From the IMG/VR virus record IMGVR_UViG_3300025425_000009, positions 1 to 64,000 of that record: a stretch of DNA of 64,000 bases; one strand, given 5' to 3'. Under the pieces are notes generated by a model. It made no database searches and was not told where the DNA came from. It was given only the letters and a program-made list of their open reading frames with translations. This document shows positions 19,868-29,890 of the stretch, in pieces (positions within the stretch are counted from its first letter, which is position 1; each line of letters begins with the position of its first letter). The translations under genes were made by a program, and so were the position numbers. This DNA comes from a virus.

Positions 19868-20173
19868 ATGGTCACATTAAAAGACAGAACAACAGGAGAA
19901 GAGTATCCTCTTGAAGATGATAATATCCACAAGTACTGGAATGAGCAAACTGCCTACAAAGGTTCTGTGTTTGTCATTGAGCCTCACTTCGAGGTTGAAA
20001 AATACGACAAGTTTGCTATGCTAGTAAAAGATAACACAGAAGAGCCAGTATGGATTTGCTTCAATAGGGCAACAATCGAGAAGGAAAGTACAAGAGAGCA
20101 CATTACAGGATTGTTCAAGGACAACCCATTTTATCGGATTCATATATCAGATCATGACTCAAGACAAACTTAG
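19868..20173 (+). CDS. hypothetical protein
   Basis: ORF in array. Confidence 0.6.
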   Translation: MVTLKDRTTGEEYPLEDDNIHKYWNEQTAYKGSVFVIEPHFEVEKYDKFAMLVKDNTEEPVWICFNRATIEKESTREHITGLFKDNPFYRIHISDHDSRQT

Positions 20174-20564
20174 CCACATGCTCCAGTTACAGTCGGAGTT
20201 TCAAAAGAACTTCTACGACATTGCAACACTTGCTGATGCAGATAGAGTAAGACAAACAAAAGAGAACATGCTAGCACTACATAGGGAATTAGGTGAGGCA
20301 CTAAACGAGATGCCGTGGAAACACCACAGGGCAAACTCACAGTCCTATGATATTACAAAGGTGCAGGAAGAACTCATAGATTGTATTAAGTTCATGATGA
20401 ACATTTGTTTGCTGTGGGGACTTGATGCAGATACAATGTACTCCAAATTCGTTGAGAAAACACGTGTTGTGCAAACTCGGTATGACAAGGAGAAGGACAG
20501 GATACCGACTGCATTAGACAGTAACAGCACCAAGATGGGGTACAACACAGACCTCAAGAACTAA
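20154..20564 (+). CDS. all-alpha dimeric dUTPase/dCTPase (MazG superfamily)
   Basis: ELGEALNEMPWKH and EELIDCIKF motifs. Confidence 0.85.
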   Translation: MTQDKLSHMLQLQSEFQKNFYDIATLADADRVRQTKENMLALHRELGEALNEMPWKHHRANSQSYDITKVQEELIDCIKFMMNICLLWGLDADTMYSKFVEKTRVVQTRYDKEKDRIPTALDSNSTKMGYNTDLKN

Positions 20565-20565
20565 A

Positions 20566-20613
20566 GTTATTAACAGGCATACGGTGTACACTGTTGCACT
20601 TAGTGATTATAAT
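20566..20613 (+). promoter_or_regulatory. conserved phage promoter
   Basis: GTTATTAACAGG 20566, TGTACA 20585, 17 nt, TATAAT 20608. Confidence 0.8.
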
Positions 20614-20619
20614 AGACAT

Positions 20620-21534
20620 ATGACAAATCGACAAACTGATCAGCAGGAACTTCACAATAAAGAATCAGCCGTGGCGGAATCTGCGTTTAGAGAAATCTAC
20701 ACCAGGCTAAGCCACCTTGGTGTTGAAGTTGCCCCTCGCGGTTATAAGGTTCTGGAATGTGAGGACTTCTCATTCCTGCTACCTAAGTATGTCAGGTTTG
20801 CCAATTTCCAAGTACGAAAACTCAACCTAGATTACATCAAGGCTGAGTTTCTTTGGTATTTGAACGGCGACCCTGGTAACACCCGGATAGGCAAGTATGC
20901 ATCAACATGGAACCCACTCATCAATCCTGACGGAACAATCAACTCTAACTACGGGCAGTACATCTTCGGACAACAGGACCAGTTCGCAATAACAAGACAA
21001 ACCCTAAGGGATGACAAAGACTCAAGACGTGCTTCAATTGTTATTCTGTCTCAGGCCCACCTGGCTTCTGACACAAAGGATGTGCCTTGCACTTACTCTA
21101 TCAACTTTAGGATCAGGGATAACAAGCTAAACATGAGTATACGCATGAGATCCCAAGATGCAATATTCGGGTTTGGTAACGACACACCTTGTTTTAGTCT
21201 AGTACATGAGATGATGTACATGAGCCTTAAGGCGGATTATCCTGATCTTGAGCATGGATCATACCATCATACTGCTGATTCCTTCCATGTGTATGAACGT
21301 CATTTTGCCATGTTCCACGCCATCACTGCAGGTGGCCTAAGCAAGGCAAAGTATGAGCACATCGCAATTCCTAAGATATCCTCCCATGCGGAAGTTGAAT
21401 TCCTAAGAACAGGGGATTTCTCTCATATACCAGATGAGTATGAGTTTTCAAAGTGGCTAACATTTTTCGAGAACGAGAAGTACAAAGATGCGTTAGCTGA
21501 TCTAGGCAAGCCTACTAATATGACATTGTTCTAA
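20620..21534 (+). CDS. thymidylate synthase-fold enzyme, probable dCMP hydroxymethylase (T4 gp42-like)
   Basis: INSNYG, SRRA, PCT catalytic Cys, MRSQDAIFGFGND (Asp at the specificity position as in gp42 RSNDVVFGFRND), SFHVYERHF. Confidence 0.8.
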   Translation: MTNRQTDQQELHNKESAVAESAFREIYTRLSHLGVEVAPRGYKVLECEDFSFLLPKYVRFANFQVRKLNLDYIKAEFLWYLNGDPGNTRIGKYASTWNPLINPDGTINSNYGQYIFGQQDQFAITRQTLRDDKDSRRASIVILSQAHLASDTKDVPCTYSINFRIRDNKLNMSIRMRSQDAIFGFGNDTPCFSLVHEMMYMSLKADYPDLEHGSYHHTADSFHVYERHFAMFHAITAGGLSKAKYEHIAIPKISSHAEVEFLRTGDFSHIPDEYEFSKWLTFFENEKYKDALADLGKPTNMTLF

Positions 21535-21535
21535 T

Positions 21536-21760
21536 ATGAAGTACGTGATAACAGAGCACAAAGACTTCGCAATATTCAGTGAGGTAACAACACATAGTGA
21601 GATAGGACACACTCTTTTTGGAGCACCCACAAGTGCAGGATTCTGCCATTTTGATGACCTGTCAAAGACAATGCAATGCTACGGACAAAGTGTAAGCATA
21701 GGCATTGGCAGTAGACCTGACGACAGTGACTTCCTTACCAGCAAACTAACGGACAACTAA
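21536..21760 (+). CDS. hypothetical protein
   Basis: SAGFC...YGQSVSIGIGS motif common in phages. Confidence 0.7.
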   Translation: MKYVITEHKDFAIFSEVTTHSEIGHTLFGAPTSAGFCHFDDLSKTMQCYGQSVSIGIGSRPDDSDFLTSKLTDN

Positions 21761-21761
21761 C

Positions 21762-22523
21762 ATGATATACAAACTAGTGTTCATAGATACAGAGACGACT
21801 GGCCTTACTGACGATGTCAATGCCAGGCTACTGCAGGTAGCTTACACAGTAGGAACAAAACAGGTTGACGAAATGTACCTGCCTCCTGTGGAGATAGGTG
21901 CTGGAGCTATGGCAGTTCACAAGATCACTCCTCAGATGGTGGAGTCAAAGCCAGAGTTCAGAGGTTCACCAGAACACAAGGAGTTGGTTCGACTGTTTAA
22001 ACAAAAGAAGAACGTGTTTGTTGCACACAACGCTGCATTTGATGTTGAAATGATAGAGCGTGAAGGTGTGGATATTGTTTCAGTGTTGTGCACCAAGCGG
22101 TTGGCCCAGACGCTAATGCCGCTTGCTGAGCATGCCGCACTAGCAAATCACAAACTACAAACGTTAAGAGAGTATTTTGGTATTGAGCTTAAAGATGCAC
22201 GTGCCCATGATGCGTTAGGCGATGTGCTGGTCATGGTCGAGGTTTTCAAAGAACTATACAAGATAGCAAAGGGGAAAGCAAATGCCAAAGCAGTCACACT
22301 TGGCAGAGTAAAATACACAAAAGATGAAATCTTAGAAAGAATGATCGAATTGTCAAGTGGACCTGTCCCACCAGACAGCCCAATGCCTTTCGGTAAACAT
22401 GCAGGAACCTCCCTTAGAGATCTTGTAACAAACGAGCGCAGCTACTGTGAGTGGCTACTTAGAAACACAGATGACAGTGGAGGAGTTAACCCAACACTAA
22501 GGGCATTACTAAATCGAAACTAA
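21762..22523 (+). CDS. DEDDh 3'-5' exonuclease (ExoX-like)
   Basis: DTETTG, AHNAAFD, HDALGD; C-terminal MPFGKH...YCEWL domain. Confidence 0.9.
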   Translation: MIYKLVFIDTETTGLTDDVNARLLQVAYTVGTKQVDEMYLPPVEIGAGAMAVHKITPQMVESKPEFRGSPEHKELVRLFKQKKNVFVAHNAAFDVEMIEREGVDIVSVLCTKRLAQTLMPLAEHAALANHKLQTLREYFGIELKDARAHDALGDVLVMVEVFKELYKIAKGKANAKAVTLGRVKYTKDEILERMIELSSGPVPPDSPMPFGKHAGTSLRDLVTNERSYCEWLLRNTDDSGGVNPTLRALLNRN

Positions 22524-22527
22524 TATT

Positions 22528-25161
22528 ATGTCAAAACCAGATTACTCAAACATTAACGCACTGACCGCATGGGATGAAGGCAAGGACATTAAGATTGCTT
22601 GCAAAATCAAGGATGATAAAACAGGGAACTGGTCGCGTGGTGTCAAGACTATATCTGGGTTTGAATGGTACTTCGCCCTTAGCGCCAAGGATGTGGAAAA
22701 GAAGGTAGTCAAACTACTCATAAACAACTACTACGATAAAGGTGTGGTTGTGCGTATTGAGGATTACAAGGACGACTGGGTCAAGGTGTACTGCAACAAA
22801 GAATCAACTGATGTAAGGTACGGCACAGGTACAAGTTCCAACGTTAAGTATCTGATCCAGGACTTGAAAAGGGAAGGAGTTGTATTGTATGAGTCTGACC
22901 TTTCTATGTGGAAGCGATTCTGCATTGATAACAAAATTGATGTTGCAGGTAATCTTGATATACTTTACTTCGATATTGAGACAGATGACACCCATGACGG
23001 TATAGAGATTGGTGCACACACTATTCTTTCTTGGGCAGCTATGAACTCCAACGGTGATGAGTTCTTCTGGCTTAACGAGGAATCTACCGGAGGAGAACCT
23101 GGGCTGCTGAAAGGGTTCCTGAACCTAATGACAGATCATGACCTTATATCAGGTTGGAATTCAGGAGGGTTTGACCTACCTTATATACAAGGAAGGCTAG
23201 AGTTTCACAACATAGACCCAGGCGATATGTTCAAAAAGAAACTGCACATAGATCTTATGCAAAGATGTGCAAAGGTGTACAGCTATGAAATGTTTAACAT
23301 TGGCTTGAAAGGTTTCTCCTTGAATGAAGTGTCCAGGGTGTTCCTTGGCGCACAAAAGGTTGAGCATGAGGAAGGCATTATGGAGATGTATCTCAACAAC
23401 CCAGAACTCCTTGAAGAGTATAACAGACAAGATGTTAAGCTACTGTTTGACTTGGACAACAAACTCCTAATCACTGATTTGATGATCAAGGAGTGTCAGT
23501 GGACAGGTGCGTTCCTGGATAGGTTCTACATTGGCGAGTTGCTTGATAACTATATATTGAGACGTACTCATGAAATGGGGTTCTTCCAACACGCTAGGCC
23601 TGATTGGAATGAGAAACAGTCCTTAGACAACATCTCTATTCGTGGAGGGTTTGTTATGGCACCTGTACCAGGTGTTTATGATGGTGTTAGAGTATTCGAT
23701 TTCAAATCACTGTACCCGTCAATCATGGTGGGGTTCAATATAGGACGTGATTCACTCAACAAGGAACTGTCAGATCATGGGTTTGTAGCTATGTCACAGT
23801 TTCTTAGAACAGGCACTAAGGACGAGATCAAGGTTGAACTAGTTGATTTTGGCCAGTGGAAAGCATTCCTAGAATCAGAGAAAGCAAGGTTGGATCCTAA
23901 AGATGAGCACATACAAACAGCCAACAACGCATTCTTTTCCAAAAGTAAGATATCATTCGTCGGTGACCTTGTTCAGCACCTATTGAATCTTAGGGCAGAC
24001 TGGAAAGCACAGGCAAAAGGGATGGACAAAGATGATCCTGAGTATGTTAACATCCAGCAGTCACAAGGTATTGTGAAGGAGATGGCTAACTCTATGTATG
24101 GTATCACAGGTGACAAGGGTAGTCGCTACTTTGATCAGAGTGTTGCAGAGGCTATCACCTTGACAGGTCAGTTCCTCAACCGTTTGTCATCTCACTTTGC
24201 ACAGAGGCACGGGTACTCAACAATCTACGGAGATACTGACTCCATCTTTGTGCCTATCGCTAGTGATGAAGGTACAACCTCCTTAGTTGCGAAGGTAGAG
24301 GCTGATCTTAAGGAGTACTTGGAAAGTCATGTCGGTGTTACCAACAACATCATAGAACTTGAGTATGAAAAGAAGTTTAGCAGAATGATCATGCTAGATA
24401 AGAAGCGGTATGCTGGTAAGATGGTGCTGTACGATGGGTATGCTACTGATAAAATATTTTCACGCGGTACAGAGAACATCAAAAAGAACACAATTAGAAT
24501 CACCCGTGAAGCGTTGGTTGAGCTAATCCACTGGGTGGTTGATGATGATACTGACATTTCAGTAGCTAAGGCAAAGACGTGGGTTGAATCACTTATGAGT
24601 AAGATGCTTAACGATGATATAGATCCAGATGATCTTAACATGATTATCAAGGTGTCGAAACCACCATCTAAGTACAAATCAAAGCCACTCCACGTCAGGC
24701 TAGCAGAACGGCTGATCAATGCTGGTATGTTACCACCTATCATAGAAGGAAAGAGGTCGTGGGGTACAAGACTAGATTACATAGTGGTCAAAGATCCTGA
24801 GACAGGTAAACAAGAAGGTATACTTCGTGAAGAGTGGGCAGGTGTTTGGGACAGGCAATACTACTGGGAGGTGCAAGTGTACGCACCTATCAGGCGGTTC
24901 CTAGAGGTTGTGTTTCCTAGTGAGGACTGGGGGATCTACTCCATTGAGGAGCAGGACAAAATCAAGAGAAAGAAGGACAGGGAGGAATCGAAGATACTCA
25001 AGTTTATAGATCTAGAAGAAAAGAGAAAGACAAGGCATATCAAAAAAGCAGAGATGACTGCAAAGAAACAGAAGGCCCTTGAGGATAAGGAAAAGGCAAA
25101 GAATGAAAAGCGCCGTAACGCGATATTGGCCAAGATCAATAAGACCAAAGAGGCAAGCTAA
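22528..25161 (+). CDS. polB: family B DNA polymerase
   Basis: FDIET, DFKSLYPS, KEMANSMYG, YGDTDS, KKRY; K/E-rich C-terminal tail. Confidence 0.95.
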   Translation: MSKPDYSNINALTAWDEGKDIKIACKIKDDKTGNWSRGVKTISGFEWYFALSAKDVEKKVVKLLINNYYDKGVVVRIEDYKDDWVKVYCNKESTDVRYGTGTSSNVKYLIQDLKREGVVLYESDLSMWKRFCIDNKIDVAGNLDILYFDIETDDTHDGIEIGAHTILSWAAMNSNGDEFFWLNEESTGGEPGLLKGFLNLMTDHDLISGWNSGGFDLPYIQGRLEFHNIDPGDMFKKKLHIDLMQRCAKVYSYEMFNIGLKGFSLNEVSRVFLGAQKVEHEEGIMEMYLNNPELLEEYNRQDVKLLFDLDNKLLITDLMIKECQWTGAFLDRFYIGELLDNYILRRTHEMGFFQHARPDWNEKQSLDNISIRGGFVMAPVPGVYDGVRVFDFKSLYPSIMVGFNIGRDSLNKELSDHGFVAMSQFLRTGTKDEIKVELVDFGQWKAFLESEKARLDPKDEHIQTANNAFFSKSKISFVGDLVQHLLNLRADWKAQAKGMDKDDPEYVNIQQSQGIVKEMANSMYGITGDKGSRYFDQSVAEAITLTGQFLNRLSSHFAQRHGYSTIYGDTDSIFVPIASDEGTTSLVAKVEADLKEYLESHVGVTNNIIELEYEKKFSRMIMLDKKRYAGKMVLYDGYATDKIFSRGTENIKKNTIRITREALVELIHWVVDDDTDISVAKAKTWVESLMSKMLNDDIDPDDLNMIIKVSKPPSKYKSKPLHVRLAERLINAGMLPPIIEGKRSWGTRLDYIVVKDPETGKQEGILREEWAGVWDRQYYWEVQVYAPIRRFLEVVFPSEDWGIYSIEEQDKIKRKKDREESKILKFIDLEEKRKTRHIKKAEMTAKKQKALEDKEKAKNEKRRNAILAKINKTKEAS

Positions 25162-25162
25162 C

Positions 25163-25206
25163 TGTTAACAACTTCAGTGTACACATCGTAACTTAAGTAA
25201 TATAAT
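25163..25206 (+). promoter_or_regulatory. conserved phage promoter
   Basis: TGTTAACA 25163, TGTACA 25178, 17 nt, TATAAT 25201. Confidence 0.75.
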
Positions 25207-25212
25207 CAACAT

Positions 25213-25749
25213 ATGAAAGCAAACAAAACACAAACAATCATAATTATGGAAGGTGCAGACATGATGGGAAAGACAAGTATAGGTGCAGCACTGTCAAACA
25301 AGCTTGATGTTCCTATTGTCAAGATGACTCGTAGTGAGAAGTGGTTTGACCCTATGATAGACCTGATGTATGCAGGTGAAACCCACTGCCAGCTGGCTCA
25401 GCAAACAGGGTATGACTTTATCTACGATAGACTGTTTCCTAGTGAGTATGCATACAGTAGAGCGTACCAACGATCCACATCACATGAAAAGATAATTTCC
25501 ATTGATGCTCGTTATGCAAAGATGGGGGCACTTGTAGTTGTGTGTTTCAAGGATCCTAAAGCGTATCAAGAAGATGACAAAGGCATCATCGACGTTGCAA
25601 AATACAGTCAGCTTACAGAGTGGTACAAGGAATTCAAGAAACTGTCTAAGTGTGAAGTACTCATGCTTGACACAACAGAGGAAAACCTAGAGGACCAGTT
25701 AAAACAAATACAGGAGGCATTAGAAACAGCACAAGCTAAAGTAAAATAA
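25213..25749 (+). CDS. dNMP (thymidylate-like) kinase
   Basis: EGADMMGKTS P-loop; YDRLFPSEYAY. Confidence 0.85.
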   Translation: MKANKTQTIIIMEGADMMGKTSIGAALSNKLDVPIVKMTRSEKWFDPMIDLMYAGETHCQLAQQTGYDFIYDRLFPSEYAYSRAYQRSTSHEKIISIDARYAKMGALVVVCFKDPKAYQEDDKGIIDVAKYSQLTEWYKEFKKLSKCEVLMLDTTEENLEDQLKQIQEALETAQAKVK

Positions 25750-25751
25750 AT

Positions 25752-26474
25752 ATGAAGTCACTTCTCAACGATGATACAGCGCAGTATCTTAAAAAAATAG
25801 ATTATACAAGCACATGGAGTGTTGGCCATCATTACAGGTTCCTACTATTTGCTAATTACGTAGTTAAATCTGGTGCCAAGAAGGTGCTTGATGTAGGATT
25901 CGGAAAAAACATGCTGATTCATTATCTAATAGATGCTGGGTTTGATGGCGAGTATATTGCAGTGGACATCAATCAGGACTACATTGATGCAGGACAGCAG
26001 GAATGGGATTCTGAGATCAGTAAGAGGGATGGTTGTGAGTGCAGTGCACAATACGTGTTCGGGGAAACAGTAAACATGGAGGTCGACGTTGTTGTGCTTG
26101 GTGAGTTTGTGGAACACATCCCAAAGGACACAGTCAAAGACGTTCTTGCAGGGTACAGGAAGCAACTAACTGATGGTGGATCAGTTATTATTTCCACACC
26201 TAACAAGCATAACGGTGAACTAAACTGGCCGGACGATCATGAGGATGAGTTTGAGTTAGACGAACTCCTTGAGGTAGTAGCTGGGAGTGGCCTTGTATCT
26301 CACCAAGTTGTAGGGTATTGGAACAACACAGCAGGTGTCAAATCACACCTAACTAAGGAGCAGTTGGCTACGTACGAAAATGATGCTGCGTATCTACCAG
26401 CATCTTTACTAAACGTACAGCACTGTTTGTCATACCCACGGGATTCAAGGGCAGTAATTGTAATTGCAAAATAA
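25752..26474 (+). CDS. class I SAM-dependent methyltransferase
   Basis: VLDVGFG, AVDIN, EFVEHI, GGSVIISTPN. Confidence 0.85.
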   Translation: MKSLLNDDTAQYLKKIDYTSTWSVGHHYRFLLFANYVVKSGAKKVLDVGFGKNMLIHYLIDAGFDGEYIAVDINQDYIDAGQQEWDSEISKRDGCECSAQYVFGETVNMEVDVVVLGEFVEHIPKDTVKDVLAGYRKQLTDGGSVIISTPNKHNGELNWPDDHEDEFELDELLEVVAGSGLVSHQVVGYWNNTAGVKSHLTKEQLATYENDAAYLPASLLNVQHCLSYPRDSRAVIVIAK

Positions 26475-26475
26475 C

Positions 26476-26853
26476 ATGGGAATGCATTTTGATGTAGCAG
26501 TATACAGCAAGACAAAGTTTCGTGAATCACTCAAGGAAACACACAGTGATGACAATGCCAAGGTCGTCATGGCAGCTGTAGAAGCTGCGTCAGCAGGGGA
26601 TGACAGTGTGTTTGCACTTCTTGCATGTGAATACTGGGATGACTATAACCCAAGGTGGGAACTACCAAGACTCATACAGGCGTTGGCGATTGATGTGACA
26701 ACCTACGATGGTGTGGAGGAACTTGACAAATACAGCATAGGCACCAACCACCAAGCGTTCAACGCTGAGGAGTGGTACAGCGATAACACTGGTAAGTCGT
26801 TACCTGCTCATCCATACGACGATGACTATGATGATGATAAAGATATTAACTAA
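26476..26853 (+). CDS. acidic hypothetical protein
   Basis: ORF in array. Confidence 0.6.
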   Translation: MGMHFDVAVYSKTKFRESLKETHSDDNAKVVMAAVEAASAGDDSVFALLACEYWDDYNPRWELPRLIQALAIDVTTYDGVEELDKYSIGTNHQAFNAEEWYSDNTGKSLPAHPYDDDYDDDKDIN

Positions 26854-26862
26854 CTTATACTT

Positions 26863-27807
26863 ATGAAAATTGGAATCTACAAACCGTTCAAGAAAGTGTA
26901 CTTTCATGATGACAAAGAAGACAACGCAGCATGGAGTTTTGAGGTAACAACAGTTGCCAAGATATTAGCAAGGCAAGGGCACAAGGTCAGTATGTTGAGT
27001 GACACTGATCTTAGGGATGGCGCGTTTATTAACATAGACACATCTGGGCTGAATGAGATATATGACAGGATCATACTGTTCAGCGGTACATTTTCACTTG
27101 ATAAAGAAGGTGAAGGAATCATAGACATTCTAAAAGGACTTACTCCTCGCCTAGACTTCATGCTCACCGATCTTCGTCTTGTACCAGAGGATAAGTCAAA
27201 ATATGAGATGTTTGACACTATCTACACCCAGGCTACCAAGCCTATAGAGTCAATAGGCCACTTAGCAAAACAAAAGTATGGTGCTATCTCAGAGTTTATA
27301 CTTTACAAGCATGAATGGGACCTGTCGACTGAAGAAATGAATGCAAACAAGAGCACTACATTTTATTTCGGAGGCACTGAACGCGGTAGACTGGACGACT
27401 TCATTGAGTATGTGTGGAGACCGAACCATGTTATCACAACTAAAAGTGCGTTCTTTCAAACTGAAAACAGGGTTAACCGTCACGAATACATGAAACTGTT
27501 AGATGACACAAAGTACAGTATTGTTATTGCTGATGTTGATTACAACGAAAACAGCTTCATCACACCCAGACCTTACGAGTACTACATTCATGATATAGTA
27601 GCGTTTGTGGATTCCAAGTTTGATCCTGATGGTCACATCGTACCAGTCAACGACTGGTGTAGAGTGTCCAGCTTTAAAGAGATGCAGGTAAAAATAAATT
27701 ACCTTGAAGAGAATGAGGAAGAACGAATGCAGTTGCTAATGAAGCAGCGACTTGTAATAACCGATGAACACATCACTGGGTCTTATGTCTATGAAACCAT
27801 CAAATAA
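26863..27807 (+). CDS. DNA beta-glucosyltransferase (T4 BGT-like, GT-B fold)
   Basis: YDRIIL, LTDLRL, YFGGTERG, IADVDYNENSFITPRPYE, VDSKFD align with T4 BGT YDRLIV, FTDIRL, YGGSFR, IGDKNYNDNFITLRVWE, IDEEFD. Confidence 0.8.
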   Translation: MKIGIYKPFKKVYFHDDKEDNAAWSFEVTTVAKILARQGHKVSMLSDTDLRDGAFINIDTSGLNEIYDRIILFSGTFSLDKEGEGIIDILKGLTPRLDFMLTDLRLVPEDKSKYEMFDTIYTQATKPIESIGHLAKQKYGAISEFILYKHEWDLSTEEMNANKSTTFYFGGTERGRLDDFIEYVWRPNHVITTKSAFFQTENRVNRHEYMKLLDDTKYSIVIADVDYNENSFITPRPYEYYIHDIVAFVDSKFDPDGHIVPVNDWCRVSSFKEMQVKINYLEENEEERMQLLMKQRLVITDEHITGSYVYETIK

Positions 27808-28384
27808 GCAAGTATCACTTGACAGAGTACACTTGGCATATCACAAAAGATATGCTGTCACCTACCCTGACTTTGATCTTGGTTTTTTTAACGGGAACAG
27901 TATTCTGTTTGTGTCAGATGCACCTCTTAAGCAGAGTGTTACTAGGATAGTTAGTGTTCCTAACGAAGACACACTCAAGGCTGCTGACATTGATTCGAGC
28001 ACTCGTGTGCTTAACTCTAGTGTAGGTCACGTTATAAAAGGTGTGGCACCTGGGCAATGGGATACGATATCTTGCACAAGTGTTCACAAGACACAGGGCC
28101 ATGAAGACAGACCTGCCTTGAACTCAGAAAGAGGTGAGGAGTTTGAGATCCTTCTCAATCAGATCAAGTACCTACAGCCTAACCTGATTATTCTGCTAGG
28201 AGAGATAACAGGTCTTCGTTTCCACGTAGAAGAGTATTATGAACTTAGACTGTACGACGGAAAAAGTATAGTAATGATGATACCGGACGATCTGGAATCA
28301 GAAAAATCTATCCTTAGGGCTAAGCTAGCGGTCATGGACGCAAGCGAATACTATGCATTATCAGGTCTTAACAAAATTGTATGA
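27791..28384 (+). CDS. uracil-DNA glycosylase-like fold protein, degenerate
   Basis: ILFVSDAP and LLNQIKYLQPNLIILLG resemble family-4 UDG motifs, but catalytic GEAPG and HPS are altered. Confidence 0.45.
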   Translation: MKPSNKQVSLDRVHLAYHKRYAVTYPDFDLGFFNGNSILFVSDAPLKQSVTRIVSVPNEDTLKAADIDSSTRVLNSSVGHVIKGVAPGQWDTISCTSVHKTQGHEDRPALNSERGEEFEILLNQIKYLQPNLIILLGEITGLRFHVEEYYELRLYDGKSIVMMIPDDLESEKSILRAKLAVMDASEYYALSGLNKIV

Positions 28385-28686
28385 AATTAAGAAACCCATT
28401 CACTGCTGAAAATAGAGAGCTGTTCAGATATAAGTACGATTGTGATGTATGCGGAATGAGTGGAGTGGATGCACTCCATCATATTCTTGGAAGAGTGTCA
28501 AGCTCTCCACTTAACGCGTCAACTGTGCATAACCATAAATGCCATATCGGTAACTATGCACTGGACTCGTTTGACACACAGGCAAGGCTACTTAAAAACA
28601 CACTGCAGTATCTGTTACAGGAAGGGTATGTGCTGACACCAGCAGACGTTCAATTTCAGGCTGATTATGCACTGTACTATGCCTAA
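28381..28686 (+). CDS. HNH/NinG-like zinc-binding nuclease
   Basis: CDVCG...LHHILGR...HKCH. Confidence 0.6.
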   Translation: MKLRNPFTAENRELFRYKYDCDVCGMSGVDALHHILGRVSSSPLNASTVHNHKCHIGNYALDSFDTQARLLKNTLQYLLQEGYVLTPADVQFQADYALYYA

Positions 28687-29221
28687 CAATAAACACAGCA
28701 GTAAACTAAAGTTTGGGCTTCTTGCTGAGGACTACTTCCTTCAAGCTGCTGCAGCTCAACTCAAGGATCACTTTCCATGGGTTAGTGTTTTAGAGAGACG
28801 GTCTACAGCTGAGCGTTGTAGAGTTACAAAAGACACTTTCTCAGAAGTAGATGCCAAGATCACAGTGGACAGGTGCGGCAAGGCTCCGTACTCCACACTC
28901 ATGGATTTCAAGACAACGTCTGATCCAAAACATAAATACTCAAAACATAAAGCAGGCTGGTATGGAGGAACACTCCTTATGAGCCACGCTTGCCACAATG
29001 CAATGATACGTCGTGACAACTCAATGCTGTTTGTTCTATTCATGGGAGATGGCCACCCTGTGATAGAGGTGTTTGACTATTGCAAGTTGGAACAGTTTGG
29101 GCCAGAGATGATACAAGGTAATTCAAAACACAGGGTAGGGTTTTCAGATAATGCAAGAGTGGACCGCATGTATGTAAACACCACAGCAGAGTTTTTATCA
29201 ATATCTAAGATACTATTATGA
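28679..29221 (+). CDS. hypothetical protein, possible PD-(D/E)xK nuclease
   Basis: AE...VDAKI...DFKT pattern. Confidence 0.45.
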   Translation: MPNNKHSSKLKFGLLAEDYFLQAAAAQLKDHFPWVSVLERRSTAERCRVTKDTFSEVDAKITVDRCGKAPYSTLMDFKTTSDPKHKYSKHKAGWYGGTLLMSHACHNAMIRRDNSMLFVLFMGDGHPVIEVFDYCKLEQFGPEMIQGNSKHRVGFSDNARVDRMYVNTTAEFLSISKILL

Positions 29222-29451
29222 TTACAGTAAACGACCTGATAACAGTTCTAAAGACACTGCCTAAGACAGCAGTAGTTCTAGTAGACTCAGATCAAGAAGG
29301 TAACAACACCATGACCATGTACGGAGTTAGCACAGGGTTTGCAGATACAAGTGAGCATGGGAGTATAGATGTTTATTCAAAGGAAGACCTTGCTGACAAC
29401 GACATGAAGTCAGACGACCTCAGTGAGTGTGTTGTAATACTGCCAGGTTAG
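29218..29451 (+). CDS. hypothetical protein
   Basis: MTVxDLIxxLxxLP...DQEGN motif typical of phage ORFs. Confidence 0.7.
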   Translation: MITVNDLITVLKTLPKTAVVLVDSDQEGNNTMTMYGVSTGFADTSEHGSIDVYSKEDLADNDMKSDDLSECVVILPG

Positions 29452-29452
29452 T

Positions 29453-29890
29453 ATGACATATTCAGATAACAACACGGAGCAAAAGGTGGTGATGGTGTCA
29501 GGTGGGTTTGACCCTGTACATGTGGGGCATTTACGAATGTTTGAAGAAGCCAGCAGGCTAGGTACCTCATTGATTGTTGTGCTAAATTGTGATGACTGGT
29601 TGACAAGAAAGAAAGGGAAAGCATTCATGTCACAGACAGAAAGGAAGGAGCTAATAGAAGGGTTTCGGTGTGTTGACAGAGTAGAGATCCTGCAGTCAGA
29701 TCATGACCATGTGTGTGAGGCCCTTCGTAAATACAGACCAGATGTGTTTGCAAACGGAGGTGACAGAAAAAGTGATAACACTCCGGAGTACAGAGTGTGT
29801 GCCAGTCTCAAGATAGAGATGGCATTTGATGTAGGGCATGGAGGCAAGGTGCAGTCAAGTTCAGAGATGTTAAAGAATTACAATGGCTAA
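29453..29890 (+). CDS. HxGH cytidylyl/adenylyltransferase (TagD/RfaE-like)
   Basis: SGGFDPVHVGH, RKKG, NGGDR, KVQSSS. Confidence 0.9.
   Translation: MTYSDNNTEQKVVMVSGGFDPVHVGHLRMFEEASRLGTSLIVVLNCDDWLTRKKGKAFMSQTERKELIEGFRCVDRVEILQSDHDHVCEALRKYRPDVFANGGDRKSDNTPEYRVCASLKIEMAFDVGHGGKVQSSSEMLKNYNG

Noticed and set aside
20620-21534. Canonical thymidylate synthase ThyA
   Set aside because: The specificity residue is Asp (FGND) and a BGT-like gene is nearby, favouring dCMP hydroxymethylase; not formally excluded
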